DNA of 64,000 nucleotides, taken from contig CAZTMA010000002.1 of assembly GCA_964614645.1 (NCBI GenBank), forward strand, positions 19,119-83,118, given 5' to 3'. Source of the DNA: an uncultured Anaerolineales bacterium (GTDB lineage Bacteria > Chloroflexota > Anaerolineae > CG2-30-64-16). The position numbers were made by a program, and so were the translations under genes. Under the pieces are notes generated by a model. It saw only the letters and a program-made list of their open reading frames with translations. It was not told where the DNA came from and did no database searches. Each line of letters opens with the position of its first letter. The first letter of the stretch is position 1. Below, one piece after another: positions 29,844-43,115 of the stretch.

Positions 29844-31619
29844 TTACCGATCCACTTCGCCCAGCACGATGTCGACTGCCCCCAGGATGACCACGGCATC
29901 CGCGATCTTGTGGCCGATGGTCATCTTTTCGAGGCTGGTCAGGTTGATGAAGGTTGGCGCGCGGACGTGGTAGCGATAGGGATTCGGCTTGCCGTCGCTG
30001 ACGACGAAGAAGCCCAGCTCGCCCTTCGGGCCTTCGATGCGCGCATAGGCCTCGCCCGCAGGCACGCGCACCTGGTATTGCTTCTTGCCCGGCGGCATGA
30101 TCGGTCCCTCCGGCAGGCCATCGAGCGCCTGTTTCAGGATGCGCAGGCTCTGGTAGATCTCGTCCATGCGGACCCGGAACCGCGCCCAGACATCGCCTTC
30201 GGGCCGCGAGCAGACATCGAATTCGAACCGGTCGTAGATGGAGTATGGCTCGGCCCGGCGCACGTCATAGGGCACGCCGGACGCACGCAGCATGGGCCCT
30301 GCCATGCTGTAGTTGATGGCCTCCTCCGCGGTGAGCACGCCGACGCCGTGCGTGCGCGTCTGGAAGATCTCGTTGCCCGCCAGCAGGTTCTCGAAGTCTT
30401 CCATCACCTTCGGCAGGCGATTCCAGACGAGGTTGCGCGCCCGCTCCGCCCATCCCGGGGGGAGGTCTGCGGCGACGCCGCCGAAGCGCATGTAGTTGCA
30501 CATCATGCGAGACCCGGCGACGGCCTCGAACAGGTCGAGGACGAGCTCGCGCTCGCGCATGCCGTACAGCGCAGGCGTGAAGTAGGCGCCCAGGTCGTTG
30601 AACAGGAAGCCGACCGCGATGAAGTGGCTGATGATGCGGGTGAACTCGGCCATGATGACACGGAGATACTCGGCCCGCTCCGGCACCTGCAGGCCCATCA
30701 ACTTCTCCACCGCCAGGACGTAGCCCAGGTTGTTCGACATGGAGCTGACGTAGTCCAGCCGGTCGGTGAAGGGGATGTTCATGATGTAGGTGTTGCGCTC
30801 GCCGATCTTCTCGTGGCAGCGGTGCAGATAGCCCATTTCCGGCTCCAGCCCGACCACGTTTTCGCCCTCGACGGCGATGACCATGCGGAACACGCCGTGG
30901 GTGCTGGGGTGTTGCGGCCCCATGTTCACCAGGATGCGTTCGGTCTGCAGATTGGCGCCGTCGTTGTTGCCTGCAGCGGCCGTGCCCGAGGCCTCGTCCA
31001 CGCCCATGATGCGGCGGTACTGCACTTCGGGCGACCGCCACAGGTCCGGGTCCCAGCCGACCGGGTAGCTGACGTTATCCTTCCACGGGACGCGGTCCTC
31101 GGCCCAGTGGTGCTCGCCGTCGGGATGGCGGCTCTTGAAGGGCTTGGTTTCCTCCTCGTAGTAAGGTTCCTTATAGTCCTTACGGAGCGGATAGCCCTCG
31201 AAGCCTTCCCACAGGAGGATCCTGCGCAGGTTGGGGTGGCCCTCGAAACGCACGCCCATCATGTCGTAGACCTCGCGCTCCTGGAAGTCTGCGCCGTGCC
31301 AGACGGAAGTAAGGGAGGGCATCACGGGATTGGCCTTGTCGGTGAGCCGGACACGCAAGACGAGCGGGTCTTTCTGTGCAGCCACGTCGTAGAGTTGATA
31401 CACGACCTCGAAATACTGCGGCCAGTCGATGCTCGTCACCATGGAGCAGTAGTCGTAGCCCTGCTGGTCGCGCAGATAGCGCGCCAGCTCGACGATATTG
31501 TCGGGTGACACGACCAGGCCGGTCTTCGTGGCTTCCAGTACGGCCCCCGGAACGACTTCGTTGTATGGGTGGCCGGCCGGTGCCGTCGCTTGCGTCGTTG
31601 CAATGGTTTCTACTGTCAT
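29844..31619 (-). CDS. nuoCD: Fused NADH-quinone oxidoreductase subunits C and D
   Basis: NuoC part ...DYCSMVTSIDWPQYFEVVYQLYD...WHGADFQEREVYDMMGVRFEGHP. NuoD part ILVNMGPQHPSTHGVFRM...; C-terminal DIVLGEVDR. Confidence 0.92.
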   Translation of the reverse strand: MTVETIATTQATAPAGHPYNEVVPGAVLEATKTGLVVSPDNIVELARYLRDQQGYDYCSMVTSIDWPQYFEVVYQLYDVAAQKDPLVLRVRLTDKANPVMPSLTSVWHGADFQEREVYDMMGVRFEGHPNLRRILLWEGFEGYPLRKDYKEPYYEEETKPFKSRHPDGEHHWAEDRVPWKDNVSYPVGWDPDLWRSPEVQYRRIMGVDEASGTAAAGNNDGANLQTERILVNMGPQHPSTHGVFRMVIAVEGENVVGLEPEMGYLHRCHEKIGERNTYIMNIPFTDRLDYVSSMSNNLGYVLAVEKLMGLQVPERAEYLRVIMAEFTRIISHFIAVGFLFNDLGAYFTPALYGMRERELVLDLFEAVAGSRMMCNYMRFGGVAADLPPGWAERARNLVWNRLPKVMEDFENLLAGNEIFQTRTHGVGVLTAEEAINYSMAGPMLRASGVPYDVRRAEPYSIYDRFEFDVCSRPEGDVWARFRVRMDEIYQSLRILKQALDGLPEGPIMPPGKKQYQVRVPAGEAYARIEGPKGELGFFVVSDGKPNPYRYHVRAPTFINLTSLEKMTIGHKIADAVVILGAVDIVLGEVDR

Positions 31620-31683
31620 GCTCTATCCCCTGTCCCTGGCTTAGGCAGCGATCCCTGCCTGAGCTTAGCGCGGTGGACTGGTG

Positions 31684-32331
31684 TTATTCCTGGCTCGCGG
31701 CCTGTGCGGCCTCGACAATCTTCTTGAGCGCCTCGCGGTCCTGCGGATTGTACAGGTCTGGCCCCAGCACCGGCACCGGAATGGACTCGTTCAACTGGTC
31801 TTTGCGATACCAGGGAGCGGTCTTGACGGACTGCGTGAAGACCTTCTTGTGCACCTGCATCAGGCCGTAGAGCAGCGCCTCGGGCGTCGGCGGGCAGCCG
31901 GGCACATAGACATCGACCGGCACGAATTTGTCGATGCCGGACACGACGTTGTAGCCCTCTTTGAATGGCCCGCCGGAAGTCGCGCACGCGCCCATCGCCA
32001 GCACGTACTTGGGTTCGGCCATCTGGTTATAAAGGCGCACGATATTGGGCAGCATCTTCTTGCTGACCGTGCCTGAGACAATCATCAGGTCGGCCTGGCG
32101 CGGGGAGGCGCGCATGATCTCCATGCCGAAGCGGCTGAGGTCGAACCGGGCGGCCTGCACTGCGATCATTTCGATGGCGCAGCACGCCAACCCGAACATC
32201 ATCGGCCACATGGAGCGGGCGCGGCCCCAGTTGTAGACGTTGTCCACGGTGGTCAGGAAGACGTTCTTCTTCAGTTCTTCCGGTAGTTGCTGCCCCGCGG
32301 GCAGCTCAGATTCGGGCATTTGCTGGTTCAT
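31684..32331 (-). CDS. nuoB: NADH-quinone oxidoreductase subunit B
   Basis: [16 protein letters not shown]...[10 protein letters not shown]...[15 protein letters not shown]. Confidence 0.95.
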   Translation of the reverse strand: MNQQMPESELPAGQQLPEELKKNVFLTTVDNVYNWGRARSMWPMMFGLACCAIEMIAVQAARFDLSRFGMEIMRASPRQADLMIVSGTVSKKMLPNIVRLYNQMAEPKYVLAMGACATSGGPFKEGYNVVSGIDKFVPVDVYVPGCPPTPEALLYGLMQVHKKVFTQSVKTAPWYRKDQLNESIPVPVLGPDLYNPQDREALKKIVEAAQAASQE

Positions 32332-32355
32332 GGCACATCCTTGTGAACGACAGGC

Positions 32356-32580
32356 TCAGTCGCCGGGCAAGAACCCCGTGCGCTGCCGCTGTTTCTCTTC
32401 CATGCGGCCCAAGACATAGACCGTTGCATCTGTAAGATGGCCGATGCTCACCAACCGCCAGCCGTCCGTCAGCAGGGAATTGACGTTGCTGATTTCGTCG
32501 TCGTTGCGCACGGTGACCTGGCGCAATTGGCGGAAGCCCTGCTCGTTGGGCGTAAGCGTCGCGGAGACAATATCGGACAT
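32356..32580 (-). CDS. 74-aa soluble hypothetical protein occupying the nuoA position
   Basis: ATG 32580 preceded by GAAAGGA. MSDIVSATLTPNEQGFRQLRQVTVRNDDEISNVNSLLTDGWRLVSIGH... has no TM segment. Confidence 0.5.
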   Translation of the reverse strand: MSDIVSATLTPNEQGFRQLRQVTVRNDDEISNVNSLLTDGWRLVSIGHLTDATVYVLGRMEEKQRQRTGFLPGD

Positions 32581-32660
32581 GCTGATCCTTTCCGAGGGCG
32601 GACAGCCGGAAATATAAGCTTGCTGGGCAGGCAGAAGCCGCGGCATCAGCCGCATAGGGA

Positions 32661-32689
32661 ATTTTACATTAAAAGTCCCATCTTTGCAA
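32661..32689 (-). promoter_or_regulatory. Near-consensus sigma70 promoter for the small-ORF/nuoB-CD-I operon
   Basis: Minus strand reads TTGCAA-N17-TAAAAT in an AT-rich patch. Confidence 0.55.
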
Positions 32690-32851
32690 GTAATTTATGG
32701 CACGAACGGGGACACGCCTGGATGGTGAAACACCCTGCCGCCGCGACGGTTTTCCTCACTCGGGTTTGCGACTTTGGCCCCAAGACATGATACAATGCCA
32801 TCCTGCCACCCGGCAGAGTAACAGGTCAGCAATCGCCAGCGAGGTCATGCC

Positions 32852-33693
32852 ATGAAGATCAGTAAGGCCGTCATCACTGCGGCCAGCCCGCGCCAGCGCC
32901 CTCTGCCCTTGCAGACGCTCGTGGACCGGGATGGTGTGCAGAAGTCCGTGCTGCGCATCGTGGTCGAGGAGGCGCTGCGCGCGGGCGTCGAGGAAATTGC
33001 CATCGTCGTGTGTCCCGGCGACGAGACGGCCTATGCAGGCGCCGCAGGTGATGTGGCCGCGCGGCTGACCTTCATCCCCCAGCCTGAGCCGCGCGGCTAC
33101 GGCCATGCCGTCTACTGCGCGCGCGAGTTCACCGGGCAGGAGCCCTTCCTGCACCTGGTGGGCGACCACCTGTGGGTGAGCCGGAACGGCCAGGGGTGCG
33201 CGGAGCAACTCGTCGAGGTGGCGGAGCGGGAAGCGTGCGCGGTCTCCGCGGTGCAGGCCTCGCGCGAGACCCTGCTGCCCTACTTCGGCGCGGTGGGTGG
33301 GCGGCGCGTGCCGGGACGGCAGGACCTCTACGTCATCGAGAATGTCCTGGAGAAGCCGACGCCGACCGAGGCGGAGCAGCATCTGCTCGTGCCCGGCCTG
33401 CGTGCGGGGCACTATCTCTGCTTCTTCGGCCTGCACGTGCTGACCGCGGGGGTCATGGACATCCTCGGCCGTGCCATCGCCGTGGGACAGGCGCACGTCA
33501 CGCTCTCGCAGGCGCTGGCCGGGCTGGCCGGCAAGGAGCGTTACCTGGCCCTGGAACGCCCCTGGTACCGGTATGATGTCGGCGTGCAGTACGGGCTGCT
33601 GACCGCGCAACTGGCGCTGGCGCTGGCCGGCAAGGATCGGGAGCACGTCCTGGCGCTGCTGCTGGAGCTCCTGGTGCAGCGTGAGACTGCCGG

Positions 33694-33697
<4 letters not shown>
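32852..33697 (+). CDS. GalU-like sugar-1-phosphate nucleotidyltransferase homologue with divergent N-terminal nucleotide-binding loop
   Basis: [18 protein letters not shown] sits where GalU has [28 protein letters not shown] resembles EPLGLGHAV. An extended -10 (TGATACAAT) lies at 32788-32796. Confidence 0.7.
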
Positions 33698-37047
<3,350 letters not shown>

Positions 37048-37085
37048 ACGCTGAGGATTGAATGACAAGGGGGATTCGGTAGGGG

Positions 37086-37652
37086 ATGTTCATACTGTTG
37101 ACGGGACGGCAAGGCGCCGGCAAGACGACCGCCTGCTGGAAAGCACTGCCGGGCCTGCGCTCGGCCGGGGTTAAGCTGGCGGGCTTCGTTGCACCGCCCC
37201 TCTTGAACGGCACAGGCGACAAGACCGGCATCGAAATGCTGGATTTATACACCGGCATCCACCAGACTTTTGCCCGGTTCGTGCAACCCGGCGAAACCCC
37301 GACAGTCGGGGACTATCGCATGAGCGCGGAGGCGATCGCATGGGCCCAGGGGGTCATGGCGGCCGCGCTCATGGCAGACGTGGATTGGCTCGTGATTGAC
37401 GAAATCGGGCCGCTGGAGCTGCACCAGGGCGACGGCTTCGCGTTTGCGCTGGAGCCGTTGGGCGATCCTGTGCGCGTGCCCAATGCCATCGTCATCGTGC
37501 GCGAGGGCCTCGTGGACGAGCTGGCCGAGCGCGTGGGCCGGCCCGACGTGGTCGTGCTCCACGTCTCCGAGGAGACCCGTGCGACCATCCCTGCGCAGCT
37601 CGTCCGGCTGGTGCGCGCGGTGCAGGTGCAGACAGGCGAGATGGCGCCCTGA
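37086..37652 (+). CDS. Small P-loop NTPase (THEP1/DUF2478-like)
   Basis: MFILLTGRQGAGKTT (Walker A) and DWLVIDEIGPLEL (Walker B). Confidence 0.65.
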   Translation: MFILLTGRQGAGKTTACWKALPGLRSAGVKLAGFVAPPLLNGTGDKTGIEMLDLYTGIHQTFARFVQPGETPTVGDYRMSAEAIAWAQGVMAAALMADVDWLVIDEIGPLELHQGDGFAFALEPLGDPVRVPNAIVIVREGLVDELAERVGRPDVVVLHVSEETRATIPAQLVRLVRAVQVQTGEMAP

Positions 37653-37668
37653 AGGAGTGGCCTGAACG

Positions 37669-37893
37669 ATGCAATCCCTGACTCCCTCCGACAAGTATGC
37701 TATGGCGGCGTCCATTGCGTTGCTGATCCTGGTGCTGTTCGACAACGCCATCCTCATGCTGGTAGTTTCAGTTGCCGGCCTGCTCGCGGGGCTGTGGGTG
37801 GTGCGCCAGGGAGAAATGCGGCGCGTCGCCTGGGTTGCTGCGGCCGCATTCGCGATTGCCCTGGCCTTTGCCCTGGTGGGCCTGTTGAGGTGA
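37669..37893 (+). CDS. 74-aa two-TM membrane protein
   Basis: Two hydrophobic helices ([31 protein letters not shown]; [21 protein letters not shown]). Tightly packed between neighbouring genes. Confidence 0.45.
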   Translation: MQSLTPSDKYAMAASIALLILVLFDNAILMLVVSVAGLLAGLWVVRQGEMRRVAWVAAAAFAIALAFALVGLLR

Positions 37894-37897
37894 GACC

Positions 37898-39568
37898 ATG
37901 AATCCATCCATCCCCCGTTCGGAGCCGGTCAGCCAGTCGGCGCCGGTGTCGATCATCATCTTCGGCGCGAGCGGTGACCTGACCGAGCGCAAGCTGATCC
38001 CTGCGCTCTATACGCTCTTTGCCGAACACCGCCTGGATGACCAGTTCGCCGTGATCGGCGTGGCGCGGAGCAAGTTCGGTGAGGACCGCGGCGAACAGGG
38101 TTCGGGCGAACAGGGTTCGGGCGAACAGGGTTCGGTCGACCAGGATGCAGGGTTCCGCGCGCACCTGCGTGACGGGGTGCGCAAACATGCGCGCGTGGCT
38201 GCGGAGGATGATGCGGTCTGGGAGGCCTTCGCTGAGCACCTGCACTATTGCCAGGGCGAGTACGACAAGCCGGAGACCTACCGCAACCTGTCCCGGTGCC
38301 TGCTGGAGCTGGACAACAGCTGCCAGACGTGCGGCAACCACCTCTTTTACCTCTCGACCCCGCCGCAGTTGTACGCGACCATCATCGCGCAGCTGGGCGC
38401 CGAGGGGTTGAACCGGAGCGAGGAGGGGTTTGCCCGCATCATCATCGAGAAGCCGTTCGGCCATGACCTGCCCAGCGCGCAGGCGCTCAACCGGCACGTC
38501 CACGAGGTCTTCGCCGAGGAGCAGGTCTACCGGATCGACCACTATCTCGGCAAGGAGACCGTTCAGAACATCCTGGCCTTTCGCTTCGCCAATGCCATCT
38601 TCGAGCCGCTGTGGAACCGCAACTATGTCGACCATGTGCAGATCACGGCGGCCGAGACGGTCGGTGTGGAGGGCCGGGCCGGCTACTATGAGCAGTCCGG
38701 GATGCTGCGCGATGTCTTCCAGAACCACCTCCTGCAACTGCTGACGCTGACGGCCATGGAACCGCCTGCGGCCTTCAATGCCGAGTTCCTGCGGGACGAG
38801 AAGGTCAAGGTCCTCCAGACCGTCCGGCGGCTGCAACCGGAAGATATTCCGGCGAACACGGTGCGCGGGCAGTACCGGACCTACCGCGATGCGGAGGGCG
38901 TGGCGCGCGGGTCAACGACGGCGACGTTCGCGGCGCTGCGGCTGTACGTGGATAACTGGCGCTGGCAGGGCGTGCCGTTCTACCTGCGGTCGGGCAAGCT
39001 GCTGCCGGCCAAAGTGACCGAGGTCACCGTGCAGTTCAAGGAAGTGCCGCACAAGCTCTTCCCCGCCTGGTCACAGCAGGTTGGTATGCGCAGCAGCGAC
39101 GGGAGCCGCACGGCCGAAGATGGGGCACCGCATGCCAACTTCCTCAGCCTGTGCATCCAGCCGGATGAGGGCGTCCACCTGCGGTTCGAGGCGAAGGTGC
39201 CGGGCGCGGGGATGCGCATGCACTCGGTCGAGATGGAGTTTCACTTCGGCGAGGAGTTTGGCGAGGCTGCGCTGCCCGAAGCGTACGAGCGCCTGCTGCT
39301 CGACGCGACCACCGGGGATGCCGCGCTGTTCGCGCGGGCGGACGAAATCGGGCTGAGCTGGCAGATTATCGACCCGATCCAGCAGGGTTGGGACCAGGAG
39401 AGCGCAACGCTGGCCGGCGGCTGGCAGGTGCAGACTGCACCGCCGCTGGAGTTCTACGAACAGGGCACGTGGGGGCCGCCGAGCGCGGACCGGCTGTTGA
39501 CGCAGTCCGGCAGGCACTGGCGGTTGGGCTGCTACGGCTCTGCGGAGCACCGGATGGCCCGGCGATAG
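37898..39568 (+). CDS. zwf: Glucose-6-phosphate 1-dehydrogenase with low-complexity insertions
   Basis: [29 protein letters not shown], and IFEPLWNR motifs. Carries the insertion [23 protein letters not shown]. Confidence 0.92.
   Translation: MNPSIPRSEPVSQSAPVSIIIFGASGDLTERKLIPALYTLFAEHRLDDQFAVIGVARSKFGEDRGEQGSGEQGSGEQGSVDQDAGFRAHLRDGVRKHARVAAEDDAVWEAFAEHLHYCQGEYDKPETYRNLSRCLLELDNSCQTCGNHLFYLSTPPQLYATIIAQLGAEGLNRSEEGFARIIIEKPFGHDLPSAQALNRHVHEVFAEEQVYRIDHYLGKETVQNILAFRFANAIFEPLWNRNYVDHVQITAAETVGVEGRAGYYEQSGMLRDVFQNHLLQLLTLTAMEPPAAFNAEFLRDEKVKVLQTVRRLQPEDIPANTVRGQYRTYRDAEGVARGSTTATFAALRLYVDNWRWQGVPFYLRSGKLLPAKVTEVTVQFKEVPHKLFPAWSQQVGMRSSDGSRTAEDGAPHANFLSLCIQPDEGVHLRFEAKVPGAGMRMHSVEMEFHFGEEFGEAALPEAYERLLLDATTGDAALFARADEIGLSWQIIDPIQQGWDQESATLAGGWQVQTAPPLEFYEQGTWGPPSADRLLTQSGRHWRLGCYGSAEHRMARR
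38090..38134 (+). repeat. Perfect 15-bp x3 in-frame tandem repeat (GEQGS)3 inside zwf
   Basis: ggcgaacagggttcg is repeated three times head to tail, with a degenerate fourth unit. Confidence 0.9.
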
Positions 39569-39573
39569 GGGGA

Positions 39574-40029
39574 ATGGCGATGGGCAAGCGCGGGGAAGGC
39601 TGGTTCGTGCTGCAGATGGTCTTGTTTGCCGTCATCCTGCTGGCGCCGCGCATCCCGCCCGTGTCGCTGCCGATCTGGGCACGCGGGCTGGGGCTGGTGA
39701 TCCTGGGCGTGGGCGGCGTGCTGGGGACGTGGGGGATGCTCGCGCTGGGTCGCAACCTGACGCCCTTCCCGAAGCCCATCGAAGGCGGCAGCCTCGTCAC
39801 CGCGGGTCCGTACCGGTTCGTCCGCCACCCCATCTACACGGGCCTCATCTTCGGCACGCTGGGCTGGGCGCTCTTCCGGTCGAATCTCCTGGGAGTTGTG
39901 CTGGCCGTTGCGCTGTTGGTCTTCTTTGACCTGAAGTCGCGGCATGAGGAGCGTTGGCTGGCGGAGTCATATCCGGGGTACGCGGAGTACAGCCGGCAGG
40001 TGAGGAAGCTGATTCCGTTCGTGTATTAG
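39574..40029 (+). CDS. Isoprenylcysteine carboxyl / phospholipid methyltransferase-family membrane protein
   Basis: ATG 39574 preceded by GGGGGA. GPYRFVRHPIYTGLIFGTLGWAL...RHEERWLAESYPGYAEY. Confidence 0.75.
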   Translation: MAMGKRGEGWFVLQMVLFAVILLAPRIPPVSLPIWARGLGLVILGVGGVLGTWGMLALGRNLTPFPKPIEGGSLVTAGPYRFVRHPIYTGLIFGTLGWALFRSNLLGVVLAVALLVFFDLKSRHEERWLAESYPGYAEYSRQVRKLIPFVY

Positions 40030-40059
40030 GGCAACCACAGAAGGACGGACCACGCAGAA

Positions 40060-40101
40060 GTAGGGGCGAGAGGCGAGCTTTGCTCGCACCCTCGCCCCTA
40101 C
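40060..40101. terminator. GC-rich hairpin in a convergent gap (no clear U-tract)
   Basis: gtaggggcgag...ctcgcccctac with an inner gcgagc-tttg-ctcgc. Confidence 0.35.
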
Positions 40102-40119
40102 ACATTTAACTCGTCGTTC

Positions 40120-40839
40120 TTACAGCCAGCCCTGCCCGCGACCGAGGTCGGTCAAGAGCGGCATCTTCACGCGCTTGCCGCTGTACGCCTGGAAGGCGTA
40201 GTAGAGGGCCAGTGCATGGGGCACGAAGAAGATGACCCAGAGGCACGCGAACCCGCAGCCCAGCGTGATCGTCCCCAGGATGATGTATACGACCAGGGCC
40301 ACGATCTCGTAGATGAAGGCGCCGGCATAGAACAGCAGCGACGAGATGGCGTGATGCCGCTGGAACGGCCGGTTCGATGTGTTCGTAGAAAGCAGCTGGA
40401 TGACCGAGACGATGGGCAGCTGCAGGATGACCATCGTGAACCAGGCCAGCGCGGACATCAGCCGGTCGTCGTCGGTGCCCTCGGGCGTGTAGGCCGCGGC
40501 CTTCTCCCGAGCTGTGTCGCCGGTCCATGTTTCGCCCATCCGTGTGGGCGGCAGGAGCGGCACCGCCGGCTCAGCAGGCGGCAGCTCGACCGGCTCCACA
40601 GGCGGCTCAACAAGCGGCTCAACATCCACCGGTGCCTCCACCGGTTCCTCAGGTGGCGGCGGGGGCGTCAATTCACTCTCCAGGTCGCGCAGGCCGGCCG
40701 TGATGGAATCTGCGGCGCTCGTGACCTGCTCGCCCAACTCCTCTTCCGGTTTTACTGGCTCCGGCGCATCCTCCAGCGTCCACGATTCGGGTTCTTGCGG
40801 TTGCTCAGGCAGGTCGTCCCTGCGCTCTTCCTCTGACAT
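40120..40839 (-). CDS. DUF4870-like membrane protein with acidic, Pro-rich N-terminal region
   Basis: ATG 40839 preceded by GGGGAGGAA. C-terminal half RLMSALAWFTMVILQLPIVSVIQLL...FQRHHAISSLLFYAG... has 3-4 TM helices. Confidence 0.6.
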   Translation of the reverse strand: MSEEERRDDLPEQPQEPESWTLEDAPEPVKPEEELGEQVTSAADSITAGLRDLESELTPPPPPEEPVEAPVDVEPLVEPPVEPVELPPAEPAVPLLPPTRMGETWTGDTAREKAAAYTPEGTDDDRLMSALAWFTMVILQLPIVSVIQLLSTNTSNRPFQRHHAISSLLFYAGAFIYEIVALVVYIILGTITLGCGFACLWVIFFVPHALALYYAFQAYSGKRVKMPLLTDLGRGQGWL

Positions 40840-41047
40840 CTGTTCCTCCCCGTGTTGCTGCAACCGGCTCCGTGCCCGTTGCGCTGCACTACACTTCTAA
40901 ACCCCTTTACGCATTCCATCGACAGAAGTTTCAGCCGGCTGGCCCAGCGCGGAGCCGGGAAGGTCATGCAACTTCCCCCGCAGCGATGCGTATAGAGCTA
41001 CGACAGTTCATGATGCGAGCTGCCAAACATTCAGAGAGAGGGTCCAA

Positions 41048-41686
41048 ATGAACGAGCGCAATAATCCTGCCTTCATCGGTGTCGCGCTGCTGCTGATTGC
41101 AGTGGGCGTGTTGTTCCTGCTCCAGAACTTCGGCCTGATGGCCCTGGACAACCTGATCTGGTTGATTATCTTCGGTGTGGGCGGCCTGATCTTCCTGTTC
41201 GTCTTTGCGATGGACCGGGAGCAGTGGTGGGCGCTCATTCCGGGGTTCACGTTGTTGGGCCTCGCCACGCTGATCGGGTTCGGCGATCAACTGGGCGCGC
41301 TGGCCCCGGCCCTGTTCCTGGGTTCCATCGGTCTGAGCTTTGCGGTGATTTATCTCATCCGCCGCGGCGACTTCTGGTGGGCCATCATTCCGGGCGGCGT
41401 TCTGCTGTCACTGGCGCTGATGCTGGCCCTGTCGCCCTACCTGGAAGGCGTCGCGATGCCGGCAATCCTGTTCCTGGGAATGGCCGTCACCTTTGCGCTG
41501 GTCTACCTGGTGTCGCTCGGCCAGGAGCGGATGACATGGGCGCTCGTGCCCGCGGGCATCCTGGGCGTGATGGGCATCATGATGTCCCTGTCGCTCGGCG
41601 GGCTGATCAACTACATCTGGGCTCTCGCCCTGATCGTCGTGGGCGCGTACATGCTGCTGCGGGCCTTCCGGCCGCGGTTCCAGTAA
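41048..41686 (+). CDS. Polytopic membrane protein (about 8 TM, internally repetitive), unknown function
   Basis: FIGVALLLIAVGVLFLLQNFGL...; repeated W-W-A-[IL]-IPG segments. RBS GAGAGAGGG. Confidence 0.55.
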   Translation: MNERNNPAFIGVALLLIAVGVLFLLQNFGLMALDNLIWLIIFGVGGLIFLFVFAMDREQWWALIPGFTLLGLATLIGFGDQLGALAPALFLGSIGLSFAVIYLIRRGDFWWAIIPGGVLLSLALMLALSPYLEGVAMPAILFLGMAVTFALVYLVSLGQERMTWALVPAGILGVMGIMMSLSLGGLINYIWALALIVVGAYMLLRAFRPRFQ

Positions 41687-41703
41687 CACAGGAGTTGCAT
41701 GAG

Positions 41704-42162
41704 ATGAGCGAGACGCTCTATCGCAGCCAGACTGACCGGATCATCGGCGGCGTCTGCGGCGGCCTGGCCGAATACCTGCGCATCGATGCCACGATCATCC
41801 GCCTTTTGTTCGTGCTGTTTGCCTTCGGTAGCGGAGTGGGCGTGATTGTCTACTTCATGTTGTGGGTCCTCCTGCCGGTGGCAGGCCAGGGCCACATCGG
41901 TGAGCGGGACACCATGCGCGCCAATGCGGATGAGATGGGCCAGCGGATGCGCACGCTGGGCGATGACCTGGGCCGCGGCCTCCGCGACCCTAATCCGCAG
42001 ACAGCCTTGATTGTCGGCGCAGGGCTCGTGTTCCTGGGCGTCGTGTTCCTGGTGGACGCCCTGGACCTGCCCTGGCTGCGCTGGTTCAACTTCGGGACGC
42101 TGTGGCCGCTGGCCTTGGTCGCGCTCGGCCTGCTGGTCTTCTGGCGCAATTTCCGGAAGTAA
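41704..42162 (+). CDS. PspC-domain membrane protein
   Basis: LYRSQTDRIIGGVCGGLAEYLRIDATIIRLLFVLFAF. Confidence 0.8.
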   Translation: MSETLYRSQTDRIIGGVCGGLAEYLRIDATIIRLLFVLFAFGSGVGVIVYFMLWVLLPVAGQGHIGERDTMRANADEMGQRMRTLGDDLGRGLRDPNPQTALIVGAGLVFLGVVFLVDALDLPWLRWFNFGTLWPLALVALGLLVFWRNFRK

Positions 42163-42191
42163 GAGCAGAACCAGCCTGTATGGGAGGAAGA

Positions 42192-43115
42192 ATGGAAGGA
42201 CGGAAGTTTGAAGGCGGGCTGCTGTGGCCCGTCATCCTGATCGGTGCAGGCATCGTGTTCCTGCTCAACAACCTGGGCATGCTGGACTGGAGCATCTGGC
42301 TGACCCTGCTGCGGCTGTGGCCGGTGCTGCTGATTGCCGCAGGGCTGGATATCCTGGTGGGGCGCAAGTCCATGCTCGGTTCAGCGATTATCGCGCTGCT
42401 GCTCGTGGGATTCCTGGGGCTGACCGTCACGGGCGCCATTCACCCGCCGGCCGTCGCCGCGGGCAATCTTGTAGAGCGAACTGAAGAGGTGCGCTTCGCC
42501 CTGGATGGGGCCGAGCGTGCAGATGTCACGGTCAACTTCGGGACGGGCCATCTCATGATCGGTGCACTGCCCGGAGACAGCGGCGACTTGCTCACCGGCG
42601 CGTTGGACTTGAGCCGGGATGAGCAGTTGCAGCAGAGCCACAGCGTCGATGACGGTCGTGCGCGGGTGAGCCTCGTGAGCAACAACACCTGGACCGCGGG
42701 CGTCAGTATGGCGCGCGAAGGCAAGCAGTGGGAGCTGGCCCTGAACCGGGATGTGCCGGTCGCACTCTCTTTCGATGCAGGTGTGGGTGAGTCGGACCTC
42801 GATCTGTCGCAGCTCACGCTGAACCGGCTGGACATCAACGGCGGCGTCGGCGACGTGACGGTCAAGCTGCCTGCGACCGGTCGTTTCGATGTAGAGCTGG
42901 ACGGCGGCGTCGGCAAGATCACGGTCATCGTGCCCGAGGCTCTGGCCGCCCGTGTTCGGATCGATGGCGGGCTCGGCAGCACCCATGTGACGGGCGACTT
43001 CGATAAGAACGACGATGAGTATGTGTCGCCCGGCTTTGCGAGCGCAGAGAACCGGGTCGACATCCGCATCGACGGCGGCATCGGCCGCATCGACGTGCGG
43101 CAGGCGGCAGAGTAG
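42192..43115 (+). CDS. LiaF-like / toastrack-domain membrane protein
   Basis: ATG 42192 preceded by GGGAGGAAG. N-terminal TMs LLWPVILIGAGIVFLLNNLGML. C-terminal beta-repeats GGVGDVTVKLPATGRFDVELDGGVGKITVIVP...IDGGLGSTHV...IDGGIGRIDV. Confidence 0.7.
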   Translation: MEGRKFEGGLLWPVILIGAGIVFLLNNLGMLDWSIWLTLLRLWPVLLIAAGLDILVGRKSMLGSAIIALLLVGFLGLTVTGAIHPPAVAAGNLVERTEEVRFALDGAERADVTVNFGTGHLMIGALPGDSGDLLTGALDLSRDEQLQQSHSVDDGRARVSLVSNNTWTAGVSMAREGKQWELALNRDVPVALSFDAGVGESDLDLSQLTLNRLDINGGVGDVTVKLPATGRFDVELDGGVGKITVIVPEALAARVRIDGGLGSTHVTGDFDKNDDEYVSPGFASAENRVDIRIDGGIGRIDVRQAAE

